This document shows positions 33,798 through 48,100 of a stretch of 64,000 bases of DNA, in pieces. Made by a program: the position numbers and the translations under genes. Origin of the DNA: Pocillopora damicornis (taxonomy: Eukaryota). How positions within the stretch are numbered: position 1 is the first letter of the stretch; every line of letters starts with the position of its first letter. The notes below the pieces were generated by a model. That model was not told the DNA's origin and did not search any database. It saw only the letters and a list, made by a program, of their open reading frames with translations. The stretch spans positions 124,001 through 188,000 of the forward strand of contig NW_020847607.1 in NCBI RefSeq assembly GCF_003704095.1, given 5' to 3'.

Positions 33798-36648
33798 CTA
33801 ATACTTAAAACAAACTGGTCCTATTTCAAAAGTGAGCTTGGAGTCGACGCTGCTTTGTGGTGCCCAGTCCACTATCGGCAGGTTATTCTGCTGCGCGGTC
33901 GAGACTTCAATCTTCATTTTTTTATTTCCATTATCAGACGTCTGGATGGAGAAACAAAAATTAATTATTTGTAATATTTGTCATTTCAACGGTGCGGTTA
34001 TGCATCTGTAAAGGGGATAGATAGTTCGTCGACAAAATTTGCTCTCACACGAAACTCATTGCCTTCAATGCCAGCAATTCGTTCGGTTTCGTTCCCTCAC
34101 GAGCGCGGGCGAAACAAGGAGTGCCATGAATCGGATTTCCCAAAGGCGACAGTTCAAGATCAATAGTCCATTGTACAGTTGCTTGCTTGGTTTCCAAGCC
34201 TTTGAACAGAAATGAGGTTAAGGTTGACCATGTTATGATATTAACCTTGTTGCTTTTCAAATGAAAATTACTTTGTTATCATGCTAACTAGATACTGGTC
34301 TCTATCACAACAACGTCACCTTCAGTCTCACTCTAAATCAAAGGCTTGGCAACTAAACACACAACTGTAAAATGACCAACTATAGTAGTGTAACCACACT
34401 GTGTATCTTTCGACTTTAACAATGATTCAAACTTTTCTGGACCAAACACAGCGAAGAGAAGCCAAAACTATCAAATATCGTATTACTTTCGCCAATCATT
34501 TGAAAATTGCTCAAACGCACTTAATCGAAACGTGCTCTATTTACATTCTTTTAACATGATCTTCAATAATGATTACCACAAAAAAAAATTGAGGCATCAT
34601 GAAAAAAAAATCTACATCTAATCACGAGATGGTGATGAGCAGTGTATCTAGCAATGGAAATTTAAAAACATCAGTTGAACTCAAGATCTACACGTGTCTA
34701 AACATTGTCAACGTTATAGTTGTACCAGCCTACCTCTGTAACATCAAGGTCTATCTTCTCCAAGTTATTGACCACCATTTCATTATCGCCTTTAAGATCC
34801 ACCATGCAGCTCTTGTGTGAGTTTGCGCAACTGTAGCTCATCTCTTGGAAAGCGCTCTTGCTCAGAAGTCGCAAGTATGTCATTTGCACTGAGTTTAGTT
34901 TGTATTCGATCTATGAACAGAGGGAATAAAGGTTATAGGAGATTCAGNNNNNNNNNNNNNNNNNNNNNNNNNNNNNNNNNNNNNNNNNNNNNNGGAGGTA
35001 TTACAAGGAAGTTTGGTTTTATCAACTGAGTTGACGATGTAACCTGGCCTCTAAAGCTGTCGTTTCGAACGTTGGTCCATCGTCAGAGCGAATAGTGGAA
35101 TTGTGGGCCTTGTATAGTTTATAGACAGAAAAATGGAGCTTCGCTATGGGAAGGAACATGGTAACGTGAAAAACACGAGAATAAATTAGTTGAATGAATA
35201 GGATTCGTTGATACCGTGATCAAGAGTGGCGCTATGAAAGATAAACCATTGCTCTAGAGTTTTATGGCTTTCCGTACTGTTTAGATGTGGAAAAAGACCG
35301 CAGACTGCCATATTTTTCTTAAAATGATTGGCGAATATGATTTTGGAAAGATCCAAGAAGATCCTGGTCTGATGTAGAGAGTACCAAAGAGGCTATCAGT
35401 GGCATTACTATGCGCTTTTTTTGCTCAACCTGCTTCCTTTGTTTCCCTCTCTTCCATTCAGTCAGTTTCAGAGAAACTATTCATTTTCTGAAATATGGTA
35501 CTCAAGCACATTGGCAATAAAGTAAAAAATTAAAAGGCAAAAGAAAAATGTTATACCGGTTCATCCTCGTTTGTCCATTGTCCTGGACCGGTTTCATTGG
35601 CGTCGACAACAATCTATCACGCAAAAAAGAGAGCAATGAGATTTTGCTGTTATCACCTAATATTCGTGCATGATAGCATAGTACCAAGCAAAGAAATCCC
35701 TCCAGTTTTGACCTCTCGTAGTATTGAGAGCGTTAAGTTCAATATTCTCTTGTACCTTGGTCTTTTTGGGGTTAACGCAGGTAGCGTTCTTCTCGAAATC
35801 GCAGTAAACTTTGACAGCGTCACTACTGCAGCCTTCGTTGGGATCGATCGTGTACTCACCTACAGAACAAAACAAAGTTAGTCTGATATTACCATTTTGT
35901 GGCATGTAGAAAGTAGTTACCAGATGGAAGAAACGCACAAATGAAACAGCGAACGAAGAACGATTTAATATCAAGCAGTGCGAGCTGAAAATAAAATAAG
36001 CTACAGCAAACTGTAAGAAGAGAATGAAATGGTAAACTTCGGATAGAAAGATACGGATTAAAACACTGGCCATGTGTTTGTTCTTTGATATAACACTTTA
36101 CTCTCACAGTGCATCTCTCCACCCAGGAGTATAAAACCGAATGAGAAACCTTGTGAAATGAAAGAGAGAGGGTGTGGGGAGGGTAACCCTGCGATTGACA
36201 GACATCCATCCCTGAGTGTTTTGGCTGACTTTACTTTGACCTATAATACGACAAAGGCCATGATACCGAGATTACAAGTGTATCTTAACCTCCTGGTAAA
36301 GAAAATTCATCACCGCCCTTATCGCAGACAATTCAGTGTTATAAGTCAACCATCATCAACAGATCGCCACCCTTATTTATGTGCACTGATCTTTCGGTAA
36401 CAATCTACCACGCATGCTCAAGAGAGCCACTCTATGACGTCACGCAGAAATATTATGATTGCCCGCGCGACATAAATACATAAGAAGCTTGTCAATAAAC
36501 GTTTCAACAACAAACCGCTCTTAGATTCAGGATGATCTAGTTTGATTTCTCGGCATGATCGGGCAGGATGTTCCAGGTCCCCATTCTGTACTCGGAAAGT
36601 TTGAATTTTTCTGTCCAGAAGCGATATCATGAATTCGATATCCACTGT
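33798..36648 (-). other. Gene F COLFI (C-propeptide) exons
   Basis: 36648-36516 (…[19 protein letters not shown]), 35859-35756 ([31 protein letters not shown]), 35613-35557, 34910-34734 (IEY…[21 protein letters not shown]), 33941-33798 (…LPIVDWAP…[10 protein letters not shown]-stop). Confidence 0.95.
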
Positions 36649-39600
36649 CTAGGGGGAAAAAAAGACGACTATAGTTGAGCAAAAATTGTCTAAGACCTAC
36701 AAAATCTTGTCGACAAGTCCCCATGACCTGTTGCGCTGCAATATCGCGGCGACAATTAGCTTGGTGTATCAAGAGAGCTTCTTCTTTTAAAACGAAAAAG
36801 AATTTCGAATTCCATTTACATTCTCGGTTTAAGTTAGGTCAGATTTTACAAACCAAATGGGAGGAACCCGGGCTCCAACGTAGCACACAAATCAGCGATA
36901 AAAATCGTCTCGTGTACTATTACCGTTGCCGATCACGGCCGCAAAAAAATTGTGTAAAGTTGTTCCGTAAAACATGGATAACAAACCGACGTTAAAAATC
37001 GTCTCGTTTTACTTCTCCTTAAAAGCATACTATGGCTGCGCAGCTCAAGTGGGATACCGTCAGAACGAAGTATCACTTATACCTTGAAGAGTTGGGCTCC
37101 AACGTCATTATTTGAATCCTGTGATTTTCCAGATCCCTAAACGTAGTAAATGATAACATGAATATCGGATATATAAAAGCGCCGATCAAAGGTGTAAATT
37201 TTTTTTTGGCTGGACCAAGCTTTGTGGTCAAACAAATTGCACAAATATTTTTAAAACAGTACGGTTCTTACTTGGCTGGAGTACAATCTGTATGGGGGAG
37301 GTCCTTTTTCACCAGTGTTCATTTCAGCAAGCTGCAAGTGACAGATAAAGTAAAAATTAACTGAGTACAAGATGATATCTGTTGTAAAGTTACAGTGCTG
37401 TTCAGCGTTGAATTCTTAAGATCCTCTTCCCTCCAGTTATTATATATTTCCTTGTAGTTTGGCTAGCAGAATTTTAAATTTGATAGCAACCACTAAGAGG
37501 TTTGTGTTTCCTTGCATATGTTCATGCCGTTTTCATGCGTTTTCTCGACGAAGAGCATGAGTCTGTGGCTTACAAAACACAGCCCAAACTAATATTCTTG
37601 AAATGCTTTTCAAGGAGGGCACTTGATTCAGAGATGTCACTTCTCAACGTAAAAGTTTAATTTTGAGACTCGTCACAATGGACAATTTTTGGGCAACTCA
37701 CAACAATGGGCAAGACTTTTTCCTACGTAATCCTACAATGGAACCTAAATAGCTTTACACATCACGGTTTAACTTAGCTATTCATCTTAGCAGTAGTATA
37801 TAAAAAACATTGCGATGGACATTTGAATAAACTGAGACTCGAAGTCCCCAATAAAAACAACCTACCGCTTCCGCCAAACTCTGTCCTGGTGGTCCCTGAT
37901 AAAAAGTAAATAAGATAAAAGTTATACAACCGTTCCAGGGTGTGCATAGATTTAACCCGATTGCAGTTTTAGCAAAAAACCGCTTCGTGACGATGTCTCA
38001 CGGATATAATACGAACGAATTAACCTTTGCAAAAATTGAATTGTCTCCGATCTTCGGAAAGACCATTCGCAACCCGATTTCAAATCAAAAGTAAGCTTGT
38101 CGGTTCAAACAACTTTGCGTCTCGAATACAAAATTAACATTTTAACAATTTATATTCAGTTTTTCAGATATCACGGTGAATCGTTTCAGCCAGTCAAGAT
38201 TTCATTTTAGTGTTTGTAGGGAAGTAAACTGCCCAGTGGAAGGTAGAAACAGTAAAAAAAAATTAGGTATCCTTTTCTTTTCTGTACACTGCCCCTCCCC
38301 TCCGCCCCTCCCCCACACATACACACACAAACACAGTGTTGACAATTAAAAAAAGACATACCATTGGCCCTCTGGGACCGGCTATACCTGGAGGTCCCTG
38401 GAAACAACGCACACAATTGTATTGTTATGAAAATAATATTGTTAAGTTGTTTTCTCAAAAGTTCCCAAGTTCTCTACAAGCTAGCTAGTTACAGTGTAGG
38501 AGAAAATAGATAAATGTCGGAGTGATATTTGAGAAGTTTTCAAATGTTTCCATCGATGAGGAACACTTCCACTAGACTTCTTTTTCAATTCCACACTGAC
38601 GCCAGTCATTCGTGGAAGACTTTACTTTAAAGTGAAGCCATAAGTGATATTTTTGGATAAACTAAACTAAATTTTTGGCAATTAACCTATAAAACAAAAA
38701 CCAGTGTGTTAGAATCTCATGTATCTACTTCCTTTAATGAATTGAGATGAACCGATCACTTGCTAGGTAATTACGAAGACAGTAATCATTCAACCCTTTA
38801 ACTCCCATGAGTGACCAAGACAGAATTTCTCCTTACAATATCTCTACAATATCAACCAGATAAGAGACAAGAATAAAGAAAAAGATCAATTCGGGGATAA
38901 TTAGTTGATCCAATACTAAATTCTCTGAAGTAAGGGGAATTACAAATTTTATCTGGGACTTAAAGGGTTAAACATAATTTTACTTTCAAAACTTACAGGT
39001 AGACCGTCTCTGCCCTAAAAATAACAGAGAGGGAGAAAAAGAAAATAACGGATAAGAGACAATTAAGACGTAAAACTATAAAAAACATTTGAAGAACTGC
39101 CCACAGATAGCTAAATAAGGCTACTTAAGGAAGGAAATTTAAAATTTATCTATAGCACCATATCCATAGCACCATTTTAACACATTATTCCCCATAAAAA
39201 TAATCTAAACAGGGTTTAGAATTGTTTTCATCAACACAGTTACCTACACTGAAGTTTGGCGACTTAAAATTCCCCAAATTAAAATTAAAGCAAGTGAATG
39301 TTTGAACCGTCTATAAAATTCATTTTTCAGTATTCTGTGGCTAAATTTCATTCAGGTCAACGGGGTCTCACTTCACGTGCCTGGTTGGTGTGACTGCGGC
39401 AATTGTCTTCAACCGCGCCTAACCTAGTTTGCAATAAGCTCCTGATTGGTTAAGAAGACATCACGAATTTCTGCACCAATGACAGAGCGAATAAAGAAAA
39501 CTTGTGGAAAGTTGAAGCTTAATTGTTTCTAAGATAGTATACAACTCAGTTCTCTAAATTTATTCATCGAAGTCAGATAATTGGATGACAATATACCGGT

Positions 39601-42142
39601 TCTCCACGTTCACCCTGAAAATAAACAAAAACACATATGGGTTAAGTTTATCACGCATAATTTTTTTTTTACTCTCAGCAAAAAATCAAAAGTAAAAATA
39701 AAGAATTGACAAGGGAACTTGTTGAAAAGTAAAGATTTATTCTACGATAATTGCCTTAGTTTCATGGCTTGAGGGATTATCACAGCAAACACATTTCGTT
39801 TCAATCATATGTTCCTTTTTCAGGAACAAAAAACTAAAATAATAACAAAAAACGGGACGGTAGTTAAAATTAAAATATGAACGCATATGGCCAAATATGC
39901 ACATTCAAACCTGTGTGCCGGGATCTCCCTGAGCTCCGCCACTTCCCTAAAATGAAGACAATTCATCCTGATAATTAGAGTCGAAACGTTGTGAGCGAGA
40001 GGTAAAATGTGCGGAAAGCAGGAAAAAATCAACAGTAAACGACGGTGTTACAGTTTTCGTCAGGAGTTCGCAGATAAATGTTCACTTGATCACAGATTGT
40101 GATGATAATTAATTAAGAAGTTTTGATCAGTTCGTTAAAAAAAACTGTCAGGATTTCAACAACAGCACTAAACTAACTGTGGACGAATCGACAACGATTT
40201 GTGTGATACTTATAACCCTTCCGATTGTGCTTGTGTTTCGTGTAAAGAGTTTTGTTCACTATCAGTTACTTCAGCCGGTAAACTTTTTCAGTATCATCTG
40301 GTCCATACTTAATAGTATCTCCACGTAAATGCGATACAGTACAGACACGAAAGGTGTCAAATAACTAGCATTTAAATACCTCTGGTCCTTGAACTCCTGG
40401 TTGACCGGGAGGGCCTGCGGCTCCCATGCCACCCTAGCGAGAGGTAGATAGAAACGCAATGCGTACACATTCGGATGCGAAAGATAAATAAATAGGTACA
40501 ATAAATACTAAATACTCAAAGAAAGAATTGAGTCGAGCGGTCAATTAGTGAAACTCTTTTGGTAAAAGTCAAAGTGATGAGCATCTGTTTTCGTGAAAGC
40601 TGAAAGAGCTAATGTGTTAGGGAGAAGCAATCATGTTGAGCACAAAGACACGCTTAGAGAGCGACGACCGACAGACAGACAGACAGACAGAAAATAGAAA
40701 GACATGGACTGATATATAAATATATTGGCAGAAGTTCGACGGACAAAAACAGACATGTAGACGGATGGACAGACAGACAGACCAACAGACAGACAGACAA
40801 ACAGACAGACCGACAGACAAACGGGCGGACAAACAGACAGACAAAGTGACAAACAGAAAGATAAACACATAGAAAGACAGACAAACAGATAGACAAACAG
40901 ACAGACAGACAAACTATAGGTTACTGGTTTCTATAGACAGAATTCAGATGTGTCAACTCGGGAGTTAATAAAGCAATTTTCGATTGAGTGTCAAAAGTTG
41001 TAAAAATTGTTTTGGTTTCTACTTTACTTCATGCGGTGATTGGTTAAGAAAAATTGCAACATCCTCTCGACCAATCAGATTCAAAACTACAACCAATCCT
41101 GACTTGGTCACCCGCATTTTCCCGCGCTTTCAAAGTCTGCTTGTTTTTATTTCGAGTTCTCATTGGCTCCTTGTGATATCTTCTTTGGCTCTCATTGGCT
41201 GGTTTTACCTTAACGACACTCAATCAAAAATTTGCTTTACAGGTAAATAAACCGACGTACACTGTAACGAGTTTTTACAAGCTTACGCGTGAAACATGAG
41301 CTCTGAAAGAATGAAAAACCGACCCTCGGCCTGTTAACAGACTTATTCCTTTAAAAATAGGAATTCGGAATACCTTTGGTCCTTCAGGTCCCGTACTTCC
41401 GTTTCTTCCTTCAGGGCCATCCTCTCCCTAAAATGCATATTTAATTGCTTTAGTATTATCAGCGGGTTTATACTTGACGCGTGGTTAAGGGCAAACACCA
41501 ACGCATTCTAAAAAACCACTGTATCTCTATCGCTTAATTCGCTGATCAAATACATGAGTGAGGCAAGGTAAAAAGTCAAACAGCTAACAGTTGTGGTACA
41601 GTTTTGAAACCGCGAGAGGAGTGGGAAAGAGGGTTTTCTTGATCTTGTAACCTCCACTATTTATAACTAATTGGTAACCTCCACTATTTATAACTAATTG
41701 CAATAACGTTGTCATATAAACAATAAAATGCAAATAGTATTCATGAAAACCAAAAAACGATAAAAAGGAATTACTTAAATCACAAATGGATAATTTAAAA
41801 CATTAATCATTTTACTTACGTCAATTCCAGGGGGACCTGTCCTGCCAACTTCACCGGTATATCCTGGGTCACCCTGACAAAATGATAAGAAAAGAATTTT
41901 GAGTAAAAGTTCAGTACAAGTTTTACCAAAAGTGCTCCTACTACTTGACCAGTGGAAACGTTTCAGGGCCACCTTAATTTTTCGATATATCATGTTTGCT
42001 CTGAGCTTTGCCAAAAGATGAACGTTGATACGATGATGAAAAAAATCTGGGTCAACCATCTTGTTTCCGAGTTACAGAACTATTTGAACTAGGAGTGTTC
42101 CCTTTTAATAGGTTATAGTAAACAATTGCCTTTGAAAACATT

Positions 42143-42173
<31 letters not shown>

Positions 42174-45100
42174 CCGCAACTTGTTTAGAAATAACTGAGC
42201 ATTTCTTTTGTGCCGAATTTAAGGATAGAAGGGAACCCGTGTTTTAGGAAATGTTTTTGTCCATCTTGGTTCTGTAGATATATAAACCTTTAATGATCAG
42301 TCTCACGATGCGGAGTCAGGCTCATCAATCGTGTGTTGATCGTGACGTTTCGACTGCTATAGTGCCAGTCTTGGTCAGGCGAGGTCAAAAGTTGTGTTTA
42401 GGCATCGACTCGTCGTACAATTTGCGTTAAAAGAAAAAATAATCACAACAAATTTAAATCTCTATCCTGAACTAATACCGAAAAAAAAACCATTAACGCT
42501 TCTTACCTGTGTTCCAATTAGACCGTTTTCTCCCGTGTCACCTCTGTAACCGCGTGGTCCCTTTTGCCATCAGAATACANNNNNNNNNNNNNNNNNNNNN
42601 NNNNNNNNNNNNNNNNNNNNNNNNNNNNNNNNNNNNNNNNNNNNNNNNNNNNNNNNNNNNNNNNNNNNNNNNNNNNNNNNNNNNNNNNNNNNNNNNNNNN
42701 NNNNNNNNNNNNNNNNNNNNNNNNNNNNNNNNNNNNNNNNNNNNNNNNNNNNNNNNNNNNNNNNNNNNNNNNNNNNNNNNNNNNNNNNNNNNNNNNNNNN
42801 NNNNNNNNNNNNNNNNNNNNNNNNNNNNNNNNNNNNNNNNNNNNNNNNNNNNNNNNNNNNNNNNNNNNNNNNNNNNNNNNNNNNNNNNNNNNNNNNNNNN
42901 NNNNNNNNNNNNNNNNNNNNNNNNNNNNNNNNNNNNNNNNNNNNNNNNNNNNNNNNNNNNNNNNNNNNNNNNNNNNNNNCATCTTATTCCTCGATAAACG
43001 TCTTTCCCCCGATACCAAGATAAGAAAATCAGATACATAAATTGATTGACCATCAAAGAGTCGCTGAGTTGGATTAAAATCCCTCTCGGCTTTCCAGTCT
43101 AAATTAGTAAGCATTGCATCACAGAACAATTTGTCTACGTATGTACGATCATTAGTCACAGAATTTCCAAAAGGAGTGCAAAAACAACGGCAACAAGTTG
43201 TTATACTAGGCTTGGTGGGGCGACAATAAGTTTATCTTTTTACAATTTGTAATGAGGAGCTGACAGCTGAAACTAACACAACTTCACTCTGAAAACAACC
43301 CTCGTTGTGTTCTACTGAGACCACATGATCCTCTCTACAGCACGGGTTATTTTGCAGCCGACTAAATTTTTCACCGAAAAGGGAGGGGGGGGGGAGGAGG
43401 AGAGGAGGAATGTTTCAAAAATTCTTCCTAGGATTACATCTGTTACTTTAATGTGATGAGGACAAATGGCGATTTAATGTAACGAAATCACCAAGAAATG
43501 AGAAAACGATTAGATACCTTTAAATATGTAATACTGAGATTAAATATTAACTTACATTATTTCCTGGTTTGCCAACTTGTCCGAAGTTGCCGTTTCTACC
43601 AGGGTCGCCCTGCATGAATAAAATCCACACAAGAACAGAATTTAAAAAATTGACCAGCTGCGAAAAGGAAACCTTAATTTTAAATCAAAGTTAGCAATGT
43701 TAAGGGGTTCTACTCACATTATCTCCTTGGGGACCTTGTGGTCCCTTTGCACCAGCAGATCCCATTGGTCCAGGAACTCCCACAGTTCCGTCCACGCCGG
43801 GGGATCCCCGGGGGCCATTATCACCCTAAAAAAAATCAAAAGGTAACATTAACTTTCTTTTCTTCATTCCTGTGGAGCTGGAAGTTTATAAAATTGGATT
43901 GGTGAAAATTTCATACTTTGTGCTACAAAAACTGCAAATCCAGTTTAAGTTTTTGATTTCACCGAAAGACAATTCTATTCCACGTTTGTGTATTTTTGGT
44001 GCCAAAAGTGCACCTTTCACCCGTTGTCGCCTGTAAGTTCAACAATTAAAACTGTGAGGAAAGTGTACTAGTTGGTCGTCACCTTTGAGAGTAATCTTAT
44101 CTCCTGGCAATCATTTTTACCGCTGAACCTGCTTCATGGTGTTACTCATAACACATAAAAACTAACTCAGAGCTAGACTTATCTCTCATGCAGTTTGTAA
44201 CATGAAAAGGAGATTTGTTGTTTGCTTCGGTTTTTACTGTTCACTCCAGCTTTAGGTATCACCTTGCAAATTGTTGGTCCTTGGTAGAGAAGTACGTTTT
44301 ATAAACTATACGATTTTTATCTTCGCTACTCAAAAGTAGAAATAAAATTGTGATCATGACCGAGTTTTAAGGTTTCAAAGCAAAAAAAAAACCGTTTGGA
44401 AATTGCTGAGAACCCAAGATAATTTTTCAATAAGTCCTGGAGCATAATTCTTCTTTCATACCGCTGAAAAAAATTTAACTAATTACAATCACAAGCAGCC
44501 CTTCGAAAGAGCAGGCTTGTGTTATCATTGATTCCTACCTCTGTACCCCCAATACCACTCTGCCCATTTTCACCGTTTGCTCCCGGTGTACCCTGCAATA
44601 GACAAATAAAACGTTTATCAATCTCTGTGGCTGGCGGTGCTGTTAATTGACGTAAGGATTGACAGCGCATATTGTCAGAGCTACGAGTCTTGGTTCTTGT
44701 TCATCTTATTTTCTTGTACATTAATTCTTTTGTTTTTCTTCTATTGGTTTAAAATATTCAGGGTTTCTACTTTCGAAATCATTTAATTGACATTTTACAT
44801 GTGTCCCGTACCCTACGATCGAGAAATTAATCCCAGAGTACATCAGTGTAAACCATCATGTAGAGGAGACACTTTTTCTTTGCCGTTTTCGCTAAAAAAT
44901 TCGGTCAAACCCGTTGCTTTCCAAGACCCACGATCACATTCCATGACTGCCCAGGCCTGGAAAATGATTGTGCGGAATTTTATGACCTTCCAGGTTTTCC
45001 ATGACCTTTGCCAACCTGGCAGTGGTCTCTTGAGCTTTCTCCAACCTCGATATACGTTTGATGCGCACGCGACAAAAAGTTGAAAGCTTAGACCTACCGG

Positions 45101-48100
45101 TGATCCATTTGCGCCTTTCTCTCCAGAGGGTCCGCGAGCTCCAGGATAACCCTAAAAAAAAAAAATTTTAATGCTCAATTTTAATTTTTTTCAAACACGC
45201 CACGAAAATACCTGTCTCGTTTCAGTGGTAAAAAGACTGACCAATGAAATACGCGTCTTGAAGCTCTGTGAGTAGAATCCAGTATTCTCGGCCTTGTCGT
45301 TAACCAGCAAAAATGATTCAAGATAACGACTCGTGGTTTGATCTACCAGCTAAGTACAAAATCACTAAGGCGTTTGAAATACCGGAAGGGTTCAAAATAC
45401 TGACGGTGTTTGATACACCGGAGTGGTTCAAGATACCAAATGGGGTTTGCCAAACCAACGGGTTCAACAAACAGAAGACAATAGACACACTGTATGGTTT
45501 TCGAGATACTAACGGGGATTGAAATAACCACAGGTTTCAACATCCCAAAAGCGTTTACGTATCGGTGGGGCTCTAAATTACGGCAGAGTTTGACATCCCA
45601 AGGGTTCGATATTCTCCCTGTATTTGACTTAACAGCGTGATTCAAGAGACAAACGGGTATGGAAATATTGTCGTGGATGGATACACGAATTCTAAAATGG
45701 AACGTCTTTAGGATACGCCAAGCCACGAAAGTGCTCCTTTAACTGCGGTAAAAAAATCTATAACTTACTTCCCGTCCACCCTCGCCAGGGCTCCCATCAA
45801 AGCCGGCTTCTCCTTTTACGCCCTAAGGAGTCAAGTGACACTTATTTCGTTATTTCTACTACAGTTCGCATCACAGTTGCTAGCAGGGTACAGTGAAACC
45901 TGTGTTAAATGGACGCCATACCAATCGGCAACCTGCACTGAACGAACATTAGCTTGTTCACAAAAATGTTCCTACCACATTTATTGCACAAAGATCCTCT
46001 ATAATATAGTCTCTGCTGTTGACCCAGACAAAGACCTTAATCCAAAAGGCTTTTGCTGAGTGAAACATTCTGAAGAATGATAACTCGGTGAGAGATTCTC
46101 GTCTCACTTCTGTCAAGCCAGAGCTTAATTAACAATTCCTAACACGTTCAATATGTAACAGCAATGGGTAAACGTCAAAATTTGTTTATGGCGCTTTTCG
46201 ATCAAAAAGGAAGAAAAAAAAAATCAAAGTAGTCAATGGCCAATCAGAATAACGAAAAATATCTCGAGGAGCCAATTAAACCTCAAAGCAAAAACAAGCA
46301 AGTTGCCTGGAGCGCTGGAACTTGTAAATAGCGCAATTTTGATAGGTCCTTATTTAAACCTGTTTGGCTCAAAGAGAAGCGTAACTTTTGTAGGCCAATC
46401 AGAGTGCTAAACCAAATATCGACGAACCAAAACCAGTGATATTCCGATGTCGTTTCGACACTAACTTAAAAATTGCTTTACACTTTAAAGTCTGTATCCG
46501 AACACACAATAGACAAACAACTTAAAAAAAAAAAAAAAGAAACAGTTCCAAACCTTTGCTCCAGGAGGACCGAATCTTCCTCGCCTTCCTGGAATGCCAA
46601 CTAGGCCCTATAAGTAATAGAAATATGAAAACAAACTAACAATAAATGAATAAATTCTGTCAATTTTCACTGATGCACATCTGTATAAAAAACTTCTTAA
46701 GACTCCCAGCATGCATAAATGAGAGTTGCTATAAAGCAAAGGCTTCTTTTGGTTACTTTGAAGTTACATGACATCTATCAGTAAAACTGTTTCCCGCCAG
46801 TATTCATTGAGCGTTCAATATTTCAACATCCATTACGTAGGTGTGTAAAAGTGCATTGTCACCCGCGAATGTTGACTGACGACCGCCGTTTCACGTGACT
46901 GAAGGTAGCAAGAGACAGAGTATGACAGTCAGCGCGTTCCTCAGTCTTCAGGCGACCCCATCGCGTTTAGCTTATTTTTCCCGACAAGAAACTTTCGATC
47001 TTTGTTGTTCTGTATAACAAATAATTAAACGAACTCTTCCGCGGCGGAAACAATCAATTTTGTTGCAATCAAATTTCCGTGTCTTCCTCGGCTCCTACTC
47101 GGGTAACATCGAGTTTCTCAAGCCACAAAATCAAACGATTCCCTTAGCTTCAGTTTTAAATGGATAAATATTGCACTTTCATAAAAAAATAGCTAAATTT
47201 TTATTACGTTCTTTGTACTCTGGTACACTTGCAGATATCGGTATTCTACAACCAGCTTACTAAAAGTATATATGTACCTGAGGTCCTACGTCTCCCTTGG
47301 GCCCACGCGCTCCAATTGGACCGGTTGAACCCTGGGAATAAAAATAATTGGAAAAAGCCTCATCTTTAAGGAGTCTGATATATACTATGTAACCAAGCTT
47401 CGAGAAACATTGATTAACTGTTAAATGAATTTAAAGAAACTTCAAAAATATGGACTCTTCTCTCTTCTTCAACCGATCATATAGCATTATTATTTAGTTA
47501 TTGTATAGCCAACTGGTCTGCCTCTTGCCAATTGGGATAACGAAACATGTTTCCAAACCTGAACAGACCCATTGGTAGATTGGCCAATTAATTATAGAGT
47601 ACATTAAAATACACTTGTGTAAGCTTGAATCAACAACAAAATCTCATTCAACGGCAGCCTAAAGCGATCGTGCAATAAGAAAAAACCCTGCTATTATAAA
47701 AAAAAGGCCAAAACGCAACTAAAGGATCAAATGTTCTTCAACTCCCACTCTTCCCTTGAAAGTACCATATGCTCTACTTACAGGTCTTCCATCGGTTCCA
47801 GATAATCCCCGTAGGCCGTCACGTCCAGGTATTCCCTATGAATAAGACAAATAGTAGTGTCAATAAGGCGACAGATAGAATAAATCCGCCGAATATTTGC
47901 GAAGCGTGCGACTGATCTGAATTTGTCGGAAGGAGGCTACAACTGTGCTTGAAAACTTCCACCAGGGGTTCAGTCTACGTATAGCTCTCTCTCCCTTGCG
48001 GCACGGGGTTATCACTTGAACATGGAAGTTTCGCGGGACACCCAATAAGACTTAAGACCCGTTCTTCAGAATATCCGGTATAAGTTTTTTCTGGTTCGTC

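Noticed and set aside
40617-40912. Cys/Leu/Ser/Val-rich ORFs (also 7796-8128, 52737-53067)
   Set aside because: Translations of micro- and minisatellites.
42509-43159. Long ORFs spanning N runs (also 16802-17360, 56978-57293)
   Set aside because: Artefacts of assembly gaps; the 400-nt gap could still hide a collagen exon.
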